Positions 57,609-64,000 of a stretch of 64,000 nt of DNA are shown here, in pieces. The notes beneath the pieces are model-generated. The model was not told the origin of the DNA and did not search any database. It was given only the letters and a program-made list of their open reading frames with translations. Position numbers and translations under genes: made by a program. The stretch is from a virus, in IMG/VR virus record IMGVR_UViG_3300047510_003392, positions 9,234-73,233 of that record; one strand, written 5' to 3'. Numbering within the stretch: position 1 is the stretch's first letter; each line of letters begins with the position of its first letter.

Positions 57609-57788
57609 TTATAAATCAAGATCAGTAAAATCATTCAGTATACCATCATATCGCTTATCTTGTTTGTATATTTCGAGTATACGTTGATGTTCATAATCGC
57701 TGGTTGGTATCCATTTAGGTTCTTCACCTTTCAGGAATATAACCGTGTATGATCTGTTTTTGTCAACTGCTCTACGTATCATCAGCAT
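57609..57788 (-). CDS. Small hypothetical protein (59 aa)
   Basis: Manual translation MLMIRRAVDKNRSYTVIFLKGEEPKWIPT...; fills the intergenic gap. Confidence 0.45.
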   Translation of the reverse strand: MLMIRRAVDKNRSYTVIFLKGEEPKWIPTSDYEHQRILEIYKQDKRYDGILNDFTDLDL

Positions 57789-57806
57789 CCGATATAATTG
57801 AACTTA

Positions 57807-58442
57807 TTACTTTTTCTTCCACGTATAATTTTCTGGATATTTAAATAGTTCAAAATCTAGACGAAACCTATTATAAATGAATTTTTTGTTTTTCTCGGTT
57901 AACAATATGTTTTTATCGATGTCAAATTTACTTTTATTGCTATGAATTTTTTTGACGAATTTTGTTCCAAGTTTATGCATTAATTTTTCAATTTCTGCAT
58001 TAAAGGCTTCAAATTTAAAGATATCATCTACAATGAGTTGTCCATCCAAATCGTATAAATACCTGTATTGCTGGCATGTCTTATGCGAAGATTGATGCCG
58101 ATATGTACTATACATCCACGATGTAAATTTTTTCAATAAATCGGGTTCCTTCAATTCTGAAATTTTTGGATTATCTCTGTTTTGCCAAAAATATTCTGAT
58201 ACTACACGGTCGTATGGATTTCTTACAAAAGCAAACTTATAATATTTTTCAAATACTTCTGGATATATCTCTCTGATTGTTGGTCCTGGTAAATGCCGCC
58301 AAGCTGCACTTATGCCGTTATATTCTATTTTTAGATCTATATCTCTAACTTTTCCTGTTAACTCAAGATAGTCTTCTATTGTAGACCCACCATTTTTTGG
58401 AATGTGTATAAAAATACATTTATGTTTGTGACTTATTGGCAT
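57807..58442 (-). CDS. Sulfotransferase family 2
   Basis: FIHIPKNGGSTI, FVRNPYDRVVSEY, DFELFKY; start reassigned to MPISH. Confidence 0.88.
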   Translation of the reverse strand: MPISHKHKCIFIHIPKNGGSTIEDYLELTGKVRDIDLKIEYNGISAAWRHLPGPTIREIYPEVFEKYYKFAFVRNPYDRVVSEYFWQNRDNPKISELKEPDLLKKFTSWMYSTYRHQSSHKTCQQYRYLYDLDGQLIVDDIFKFEAFNAEIEKLMHKLGTKFVKKIHSNKSKFDIDKNILLTEKNKKFIYNRFRLDFELFKYPENYTWKKK

Positions 58443-58496
58443 ATATTTATATATATATATGGTTATATAAACTAAATTATTAATATGTAAGGCGTT

Positions 58497-59126
58497 ATGA
58501 TGAAATACGATAAAATATTTGTGATAGGGTTCAGTCGCACGGGCACAACAAGCTTGCACACTTTATTTAAGCACTGCCAACTGCGTCCTTATCACGGAAG
58601 AAATTGGGAATTGGAAAAATATGATGCGTTTAGTGACGGACTTTGTGCTAAAGGAGAAAGATCCGACTTTGAAAAGTTATATGAAAAATATCCAAAATCG
58701 TTGTTTATATTAAATACGCGACCATTAAAAAAATGGTTAATAAGCAGAGGATTACACATGTATATGAGAAACAAAGATGGGTTTGAACCAGAAAATCCGC
58801 AAACGTATGTAAACTGGATTCTTCAGCGAGACAAACATTACTTGGAAGTATTAAGATTTTTTCAAAATGATTGTCGAAGACTTTTGGTAATTAATATAGA
58901 AAAAGAAAATTGGTGTAGCATAGTTTCTAAACGATTGATACAAAAAGAATTGCCCGATGTATTTAAGAATAAATTAAATAAAGAAGTGTTGAACCCGGCG
59001 GGAGTAAAAATTATTGAAAATTCAATAAATCAAGCGTTTTTACAACTGCAATATTCAGAAGAGCAACAGATGAGTTTGATGGTAAATAATCCATTGATTC
59101 TGTTATATAAAAACAACATTAGATAA
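58497..59126 (+). CDS. Sulfotransferase (Sulfotransfer_4-like)
   Basis: IGFSRTGTTSL, YPKSLFILNTR...W..S. Confidence 0.8.
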   Translation: MMKYDKIFVIGFSRTGTTSLHTLFKHCQLRPYHGRNWELEKYDAFSDGLCAKGERSDFEKLYEKYPKSLFILNTRPLKKWLISRGLHMYMRNKDGFEPENPQTYVNWILQRDKHYLEVLRFFQNDCRRLLVINIEKENWCSIVSKRLIQKELPDVFKNKLNKEVLNPAGVKIIENSINQAFLQLQYSEEQQMSLMVNNPLILLYKNNIR

Positions 59127-59136
59127 TTGGATTTAT

Positions 59137-59210
59137 TGGCTGTTCCTCATGGATTCGAACCATGACAAAGCGAGTCAAAGTCGCTTGTGCTACCATTACA
59201 CCAAGGAACA
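59137..59210 (-). tRNA. tRNA-Gln(TTG)
   Basis: Canonical, U1-A72, GCCA end. Confidence 0.93.
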
Positions 59211-59218
59211 AAATAAAC

Positions 59219-59294
59219 TGGTAGCCCCAGTGGGTCACGATCCCACCTCTCCTGCTTGAAAGGCAGGCGAACTCAACCATTATTCTATAGGGCC
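59219..59294 (-). tRNA. tRNA-Glu(TTC), atypical T loop
   Basis: Cloverleaf, T loop ATCGTGA, CCA. Confidence 0.85.
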
Positions 59295-59301
59295 AATAAA
59301 T

Positions 59302-59375
59302 TGGGGCTCCCAACGGAAATCAAATCCGCTTGCTCTATACAAACAGTATAGTGGTGTCTCAAAACCTGTGGGAGC
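59302..59375 (-). tRNA. Degenerate tRNA-like gene (GTT at anticodon position, C73)
   Basis: Perfect GCTCCCA/TGGGAGC acceptor + CCCA; anticodon loop CTGTTTG lacks purine 37. Confidence 0.55.
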
Positions 59376-59411
59376 ATAATTAAAACATTGTCGCCATATT
59401 GCGACTCAAAA

Positions 59412-59486
59412 TGGCGGGAGTACTAGGAATTTAACCTAGATTACAACGTTCGTAGCGTTGCGTGTTATACATTACACTATACTCCC
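59412..59486 (-). tRNA. tRNA-Arg(ACG), atypical elbow
   Basis: Cloverleaf; D loop has GT instead of GG, T loop TTAAATT. Confidence 0.85.
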
Positions 59487-59492
59487 GTAAAT

Positions 59493-59555
59493 TGGTCCCT
59501 TCACTACCATAGGGGATCGCCACGGTTGGTAGGACAGCGGATCAGGCTGGTGGCT
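59493..59555. ncRNA. Small pseudoknotted/kissing-loop element between tRNA-Tyr and tRNA-Arg
   Basis: GC-rich island with GCCAC/GTGGC, CAGC/GCTG, TCCC/GGGA stems and CTACCA/TGGTAG cross-pairing. Confidence 0.45.
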
Positions 59556-59569
59556 TCTTCATATGAAGT

Positions 59570-59656
59570 TGGTGGTGGCAGTTGGACTCGAACCAACGAA
59601 GGCCGAAAGGCCGAATGATTTACAGTCATTTGCACTTGCCGCTATGCGATGCCACC
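59570..59656 (-). tRNA. tRNA-Tyr(GTA)
   Basis: Canonical class II cloverleaf, CCA. Confidence 0.95.
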
Positions 59657-59666
59657 AGTAAAATTT

Positions 59667-59743
59667 TGGCGGGGTGCATCGGATTTGCACCGACTATCTA
59701 TAGATTGACAATCTATCGCTTGTGCTTCATAAGCTCCCACCCC
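59667..59743 (-). tRNA. tRNA-Asp(GTC), atypical elbow
   Basis: Anticodon loop TTGTCAA, D loop with AG, T loop TGCAAAT, GCCA end. Confidence 0.8.
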
Positions 59744-59751
59744 ATAAAATT

Positions 59752-59857
59752 TGGTCAGCACGAAAGGATTTTCACCAATACGATGAAGTTTTTGTCTAGA
59801 ATATTCTTCATCAGATATCTCACTGATACCCGCGTCTAATATTTTCGCCACATGCTG
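59752..59857 (-). tRNA. Degenerate Leu-like tRNA body with very long variable arm (GTG at anticodon position)
   Basis: CAGCATG/CGTGCTG-ACCA acceptor, GTGGCGAAA...AGACGC Leu-type D arm, GATGAAG/CTTCATC V-stem, weak T stem. Confidence 0.5.
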
Positions 59858-59866
59858 ATTAAAAAA

Positions 59867-59940
59867 TGGTAGGGCACGACGGTACTGCCCCGTCTTTTTT
59901 GGTTTAAAAGACCAAAACTTCACTTTAAAGTTTGTGCCCC
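59867..59940 (-). tRNA. tRNA-Lys(TTT), atypical elbow
   Basis: Anticodon loop CTTTTAA, T loop GGCAGTA, CCA. Confidence 0.85.
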
Positions 59941-59949
59941 ATAAATGAA

Positions 59950-60178
59950 TTACCAGCGTGGGGCTCTCACCCACCATACACTATTTTTCTCCGTAATGGC
60001 CCGAACATATCGTGCACTCTGTTCTTGGATTATCAAACGCTTCTTTTGCCTTGGCTCACGTTTAGCGAATGATATCCGGCTTATCGGGCGTCGTACCTAT
60101 CACTTGGTCTTGCAGAAACGACCCGCAAGATTGCTGATGTGTATGCTACGACCGCTAAGACTTTGCGTCTTACTGGTA
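59950..60178 (-). ncRNA. Unannotated ~230-nt RNA with tRNA-like ends and a large structured insert
   Basis: UACCAGU/GCUGGUA acceptor-like stem, T-arm-like GUGGG-UGAGAGC-CCCAC, CAUACAC/GUGUAUG helix enclosing further hairpins. Confidence 0.65.
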
Positions 60179-60187
60179 AAGTAAAGA

Positions 60188-60261
60188 TGGCACGGACGGA
60201 GAGAATCGCACTCTCGTCATCGGTTTTGGAGACCGAGGCACTACTAATATACCACGTCCGT
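60188..60261 (-). tRNA. tRNA-Trp(CCA), atypical elbow
   Basis: Anticodon loop CTCCAAA, D loop with AG, T loop TGCGATT, GCCA end. Confidence 0.87.
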
Positions 60262-60263
60262 AT

Positions 60264-61445
60264 TTAAATTAATTTATTCAATCCATCCCCAACGATGGTT
60301 TTATGATCGAATGCTAAAGTGGGCAGTTGTTTAATATCAAACCATCTTGCATCTTCTGCGTCATCTTGACCAGAAACTTTTTTGTTTGCGTATTCTTCTG
60401 GAAGAACTATACCGAACGCATAAGATTTAGACCAAGCATCTTTGGTGTCTCTTGGATCTCTGCCAGAACCTTCATATACACCAACCGGAACAATCATATT
60501 TTCCAAGTTTGCTATATACAATCCAGTTTCTTCTTGTAATTCTCTTATTGCCGCCTGCTTCGGAGTTTCTCTGCCAGGTTTCCATTCTTCTCCACGTTTT
60601 GCATTTGTGTCTATGAATCCACCAGGCAATGCCCACTTACCACCTTCAACGCCAGCTTTTCTTTTGATAAGTAAAATTTTATATCCATCAGCATCTTTCT
60701 TCAGAACAATGTTATCAACCGTTGGATTTGGTCCTTTGTATCTATAGTTAGAAGCTGTCTCAAACTGGTTACCACTATAATCTTTGTTGATTACTTTTTC
60801 GACAAAGGTATATGAACTTGGAACAAGAAATATAGCTTGTGATGGTTGAAGCAGATGTACTGTACCTGTTCTATCTATTACAACATCATATCCCATCTGT
60901 CTCAACAACGTGTTAAAATATACCATAGACTTTTTAGCTGGACCAGCACTACCTTCAATCTTGTTGCTTATATAATTCATTAGCCCATAAACATATTTAC
61001 CATCCGTATCTACTGGATATAGCAAATCTTTTGAGTTAGCGTCAAATTCGGTTAGAAGATCTACAAACGAAGATTGAAATTTCTTTTCGTATATACCTTT
61101 GAGCTTGTTTAAATCGGATGCCTTTGAGCTATAATTCTCAAGGTCCATTACTTTGTTGGTATTCAACTTTAACACATTTACGAATGGTCTGTCTTTTCCA
61201 AACAAATAGTTTTTGTCTTGTAGATCGTCGAATACATCATCCAATTTATAAGCGTATAATCCAACTGGCGTTGAATATGGGGTTTTTGGATTTAACCCAA
61301 CCTTTTCTATGGATGTAAATGTTATAAAATAACTCGGATCATCTTTATACTTTTTAAGTGCATCAATCGCCGAAACTTTAGGATTTTGTTCCGGATTTCT
61401 TCTTGCCTCATTCAATTGATATAATAAGTCTTTCAGTTTAATCAT
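60264..61445 (-). CDS. Nudix hydrolase (ADP-ribose pyrophosphatase-like) fused to unknown N-terminal domain, with MIKLKDLL leader
   Basis: [26 protein letters not shown] Nudix box, RDPR, DDA..ARWF, LAFDH. Confidence 0.85.
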   Translation of the reverse strand: MIKLKDLLYQLNEARRNPEQNPKVSAIDALKKYKDDPSYFITFTSIEKVGLNPKTPYSTPVGLYAYKLDDVFDDLQDKNYLFGKDRPFVNVLKLNTNKVMDLENYSSKASDLNKLKGIYEKKFQSSFVDLLTEFDANSKDLLYPVDTDGKYVYGLMNYISNKIEGSAGPAKKSMVYFNTLLRQMGYDVVIDRTGTVHLLQPSQAIFLVPSSYTFVEKVINKDYSGNQFETASNYRYKGPNPTVDNIVLKKDADGYKILLIKRKAGVEGGKWALPGGFIDTNAKRGEEWKPGRETPKQAAIRELQEETGLYIANLENMIVPVGVYEGSGRDPRDTKDAWSKSYAFGIVLPEEYANKKVSGQDDAEDARWFDIKQLPTLAFDHKTIVGDGLNKLI

Positions 61446-61476
61446 ATCTTATAAATATGAACTTGTTTGAGTAAAA

Positions 61477-61551
61477 TGGTGGATCATCACGGTACTGCCC
61501 CGTGTTCTCAACGTTAAGAGCGTAGAGCATCACTTCTTATGCTTATGATCC
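61477..61551 (-). tRNA. tRNA-Lys(CTT), atypical elbow
   Basis: Anticodon loop CTCTTAA, T loop GGCAGTA, CCA. Confidence 0.85.
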
Positions 61552-61557
61552 ATAAAA

Positions 61558-61633
61558 TGGTGGGAATGGACGGTTATGCTCCGTCTCACATAGATTCACA
61601 ATCTATTATGCTTCTGATTACATCACAATCCCC
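61558..61633 (-). tRNA. tRNA-His(GTG), atypical elbow, A73
   Basis: Encoded G-1, anticodon loop TTGTGAA, T loop AGCATAA, ACCA end. Confidence 0.82.
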
Positions 61634-61638
61634 ATAAA

Positions 61639-61714
61639 TGGCTGTCCCAGCACGGCTCGAACGTGCGACCTTGAAATTAACAGTTTCTTGCTCTGCCAAC
61701 TGAGCTATGGGACA
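61639..61714 (-). tRNA. tRNA-Asn(GTT)
   Basis: Canonical cloverleaf, GCCA end. Confidence 0.93.
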
Positions 61715-61717
61715 ATA

Positions 61718-61808
61718 AATTGTAGAGAGTGTTTGGTCAAGAGTGCTTATTACGCTACGTGAACCCATTGCGATACCCCAATGGCTGTACCCTTTACTCT
61801 CTGTAAAT
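61718..61808 (-). ncRNA. Unannotated ~85-nt structured element upstream of tRNA-Asn
   Basis: Closing AGAGAGU/ACUCUCU stem, internal CCAUUG/CAAUGG hairpin. Confidence 0.4.
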
Positions 61809-61810
61809 TT

Positions 61811-61945
61811 TCATTTAAGATACTTTTTGGCTAATGGTGTCAATTCCATTCCAGCATCTTGAAGTTGTTTGACTGCTTCTTTTCTGGTTCTTATCTTGTT
61901 TTTTAATCTACCTTCTAGCGTTGGTAATTTGATTTTATTTTTCAT
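61811..61945 (-). CDS. Small basic hypothetical protein (44 aa)
   Basis: MKNKIKLPTLEG...; start reassigned because the longer ORF overlaps tRNA-Cys. Confidence 0.5.
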   Translation of the reverse strand: MKNKIKLPTLEGRLKNKIRTRKEAVKQLQDAGMELTPLAKKYLK

Positions 61946-61947
61946 AT

Positions 61948-62025
61948 TGGAGTATGTGACTGGACTTGCACCAGCATAAATGTCTTTTGCAGAGACCGCC
62001 CTATCTATTTCGGGCACACACATAC
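61948..62025 (-). tRNA. tRNA-Cys(GCA), atypical elbow
   Basis: Anticodon loop CTGCAAA, U73, T loop TGCAAGT, CCA. Confidence 0.85.
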
Positions 62026-62031
62026 ATAAAA

Positions 62032-62763
62032 TTATTCTAATATACTACCTCTATATATTTCTGCTTTTGGTTGGGATATTCCGTCGGGTAAATTTGCCAC
62101 AAGAATATTATTTTTTATATTAAATTTAGTAACTATTAAATTTTTAGCAGCAAGTTGATCCCAAGTCATACCAAAAGTGTCTATATACTTTACTGATTCG
62201 TCTTTTGAATTTAATATCGCTTTAAATTCCGGCGATATATATTTTTCACACTTTGCTTTAATAGCAAAGCCTCGTCTAATTAAGTCAGAATCTTGCCCAC
62301 TCATGGCATACAACCGTTCGTCATATCCATTCAGTCTTTTAAAGAGTTCATTTTTTATTGCAATTCTTCCATATGTTCCATCTTTCGGAACTCCGGTCCA
62401 CATCTGTAATAATTCCACTCCTTCTGCGAATTTTTTTCGTATTAATTCTAAACTTGTTCCGACGAAATTGTCACAATCTAAGTTGAATAATATATTTCCG
62501 CTTGCAAGAACGTGCGATGCGTTTTTAGCACAAGATGCGTGCCAAGGTCTTCCGGATATTTCATTCGCATATATTACTCTGTTAGACATATAAGGCAACC
62601 GGCTCATCATAAATTGATGAAGATTGTCCTTGGACCCATAATTAACAATAACCCATTCTGTATCTAAGTTATTTTTTATAACATTATATGTGTCATCTAT
62701 GGTTTGTTCAAATTGATATAATCTATTGGAACACGTTGTACAGAATGATATTTTCATACCCAA
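62032..62763 (-). CDS. Glycosyltransferase family 2/7-like
   Basis: ISFCTTC.NR, VNYGSKD, NLDCDN, LNGYDE, GQDSD. Confidence 0.8.
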   Translation of the reverse strand: MGMKISFCTTCSNRLYQFEQTIDDTYNVIKNNLDTEWVIVNYGSKDNLHQFMMSRLPYMSNRVIYANEISGRPWHASCAKNASHVLASGNILFNLDCDNFVGTSLELIRKKFAEGVELLQMWTGVPKDGTYGRIAIKNELFKRLNGYDERLYAMSGQDSDLIRRGFAIKAKCEKYISPEFKAILNSKDESVKYIDTFGMTWDQLAAKNLIVTKFNIKNNILVANLPDGISQPKAEIYRGSILE

Positions 62764-62786
62764 TATATATCAATTATACATAAGTT

Positions 62787-62862
62787 TGGTGCGGTAGACA
62801 GGGTTCGAACCTGCGACATCGAGCTTGGAAGGATCGCGCTCTACCAACTGAGCTACTACCGC
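62787..62862 (-). tRNA. tRNA-Gly(TCC)
   Basis: Canonical cloverleaf, ACCA end. Confidence 0.93.
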
Positions 62863-62877
62863 AAACATTTAAATCTA

Positions 62878-63522
62878 TTATTTCTTCCTTCTACGAACTT
62901 TTTTTCTTACACTACAATTATCTTTACACCTGAATAATGCCACACCCAGTATAATTGTCAAGGCCGCAGTGAAATATACTACTCTTTCATATGCTACCAA
63001 TTCATCCAACGCAATTTTTCTTGATTTTTCAGCAGCATCAAACTTATTTTCCAGTATCTTGTTTATGATTTCTGTGACTGGATCTATTACACGATACATT
63101 TCGCCATTATATAATTGATTATGTATTTCTTTTATATCTCCACGCACAGTCAATACTTGTATCTTTTTGATATATTCTGTTACACGCTGTGTGCGAATAA
63201 ACAACTCTTTGTCATCTATTGTTTCAACACCAGATACACTTCTCTTGTATGTATCTAGCAAAATGTGCTGCTGTTGTAACGTTTTTGTTAGTATGTTTCT
63301 AAACTGGTCTATAGTAATAAGGTCGTGAGAGACTTTGACTTGACTATCTACTAATGCCAGACCATATGAATCAAAAAGAGGACTAAGTGTATTTGTTACA
63401 ACTTCAAATTCTTTATACGAATGATCAATCTTTGAACGCAGCATTGAACTTGTATACAAACCTTTTGACACAAATATGGCCACAATAAAAAGCATCGCGA
63501 TAATAGCATGTTTTGATTTCAT
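62878..63522 (-). CDS. Two-TM protein with helical periplasmic domain
   Basis: N- and C-terminal TM segments, four-helix-like loop, basic tail; overlaps holin stop. Confidence 0.55.
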   Translation of the reverse strand: MKSKHAIIAMLFIVAIFVSKGLYTSSMLRSKIDHSYKEFEVVTNTLSPLFDSYGLALVDSQVKVSHDLITIDQFRNILTKTLQQQHILLDTYKRSVSGVETIDDKELFIRTQRVTEYIKKIQVLTVRGDIKEIHNQLYNGEMYRVIDPVTEIINKILENKFDAAEKSRKIALDELVAYERVVYFTAALTIILGVALFRCKDNCSVRKKVRRRKK

Positions 63523-63839
63523 CGTTTTTTGATAAACTTTTCTGGGTTTTTGGATACTTGCTTTGCTAATCTTGCCAATCCTTGTAATAACTCAGGTGAT
63601 ATTACACCAACAACACCATATATTATTGCTTTGGTAAGGCTGGCTATGTCAGTTTGTTCCAACATAAACCACGCTATTATAGAGCATATAGAAGCAGCAA
63701 ATATCTTTTTGAGTTGTTCTACCCACGGCATCTTACTTTCGTCTGTTAGCAATCTTGCGACCATGCCCGCCGCACCTATTAGTGCTACCAGCCATCCGCC
63801 AGTTAAAAACTCTCTTATTAGGTCTTTATCATCTGCCAT
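63519..63839 (-). CDS. Putative holin (LydA-like, 3 TM)
   Basis: 106 aa, three hydrophobic segments, basic C-terminus. Confidence 0.6.
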   Translation of the reverse strand: MADDKDLIREFLTGGWLVALIGAAGMVARLLTDESKMPWVEQLKKIFAASICSIIAWFMLEQTDIASLTKAIIYGVVGVISPELLQGLARLAKQVSKNPEKFIKKR

Positions 63840-64000
63840 ATATTTGTATATCTATAGATATAATATATATGTCAAAAAACTATATAAAAATTATTTACAA
63901 TTAGCAAATACGTAATACTACGCATTTCCCATTCCGAACCGCGTGGAGGTTTGTAAAAACTCGGAACACTAAAAGAATATATCTCAACGGGGTTGATTAC

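Noticed and set aside
59493-59569. HDV-like (theta) ribozyme after tRNA-Tyr
   Set aside because: Helix order does not match the P1-P2-P3-P1.1-P4 nested double pseudoknot; kept only as an unknown element
59950-60178. Group I intron-containing tRNA or second tmRNA
   Set aside because: No recognisable P7/catalytic core or reconstitutable anticodon arm; no G3.U70, CCA or tag frame
59119-60184. Short ORFs across the tRNA array (also 40031, 42927, 55039, 61586)
   Set aside because: They overlap tRNA or structured RNA genes and have no protein features
1-64000. Stop-codon reassignment
   Set aside because: Genes are full-length in the standard code, TAA/TAG/TGA all end genes, and no CTA/TCA/TTA-anticodon suppressor tRNA was found
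63900-64000. Possible feature at the right edge
   Set aside because: Too little sequence to support a call

Overview
AT-rich, gene-dense and mostly minus-strand segment of what is most likely a jumbo (T4-like lineage) bacteriophage genome, read with the standard code. It is probably from a phage of a diderm host, plausibly Verrucomicrobiota/Opitutae (inference from PEP-CTERM, Ig-domain, TorF-like barrel and OprO/P porin genes). Layout: (1) 0.8-16.8 kb glycan cluster (about 11 glycosyltransferases, DdhC/RfbH, epimerase, SDR, degenerate UDP-sugar dehydrogenase, FkbM) with homing-endonuclease insertions. (2) 17-24 kb DNA metabolism (Cas4-like exonuclease, dNMP kinase, gp62-like clamp loader subunit, HNH, UvsE). 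(3) A tmRNA, an unannotated 180-nt RNA, and a divergent receiver/phosphoesterase/macro operon. (4) Virion/tail-like genes. (5) A Pho-box-preceded porin-pstS operon and a plcP-agt phospholipid-to-glycolipid remodelling pair. (6) From 38.9 kb, a dispersed array of 23 tRNAs plus 2 degenerate tRNA-like genes, interleaved with glycosyl-, methyl- and sulfotransferase genes and several unannotated structured RNAs, ending at a holin. Main highlights: a phage phosphorus-scavenging system (PlcP+Agt+PstS+porin); a repeated small-ORF + homing endonuclease cassette; tRNAs with covarying non-canonical elbows; and novel ncRNAs. All calls are from reading motifs by eye; no database searches were run.
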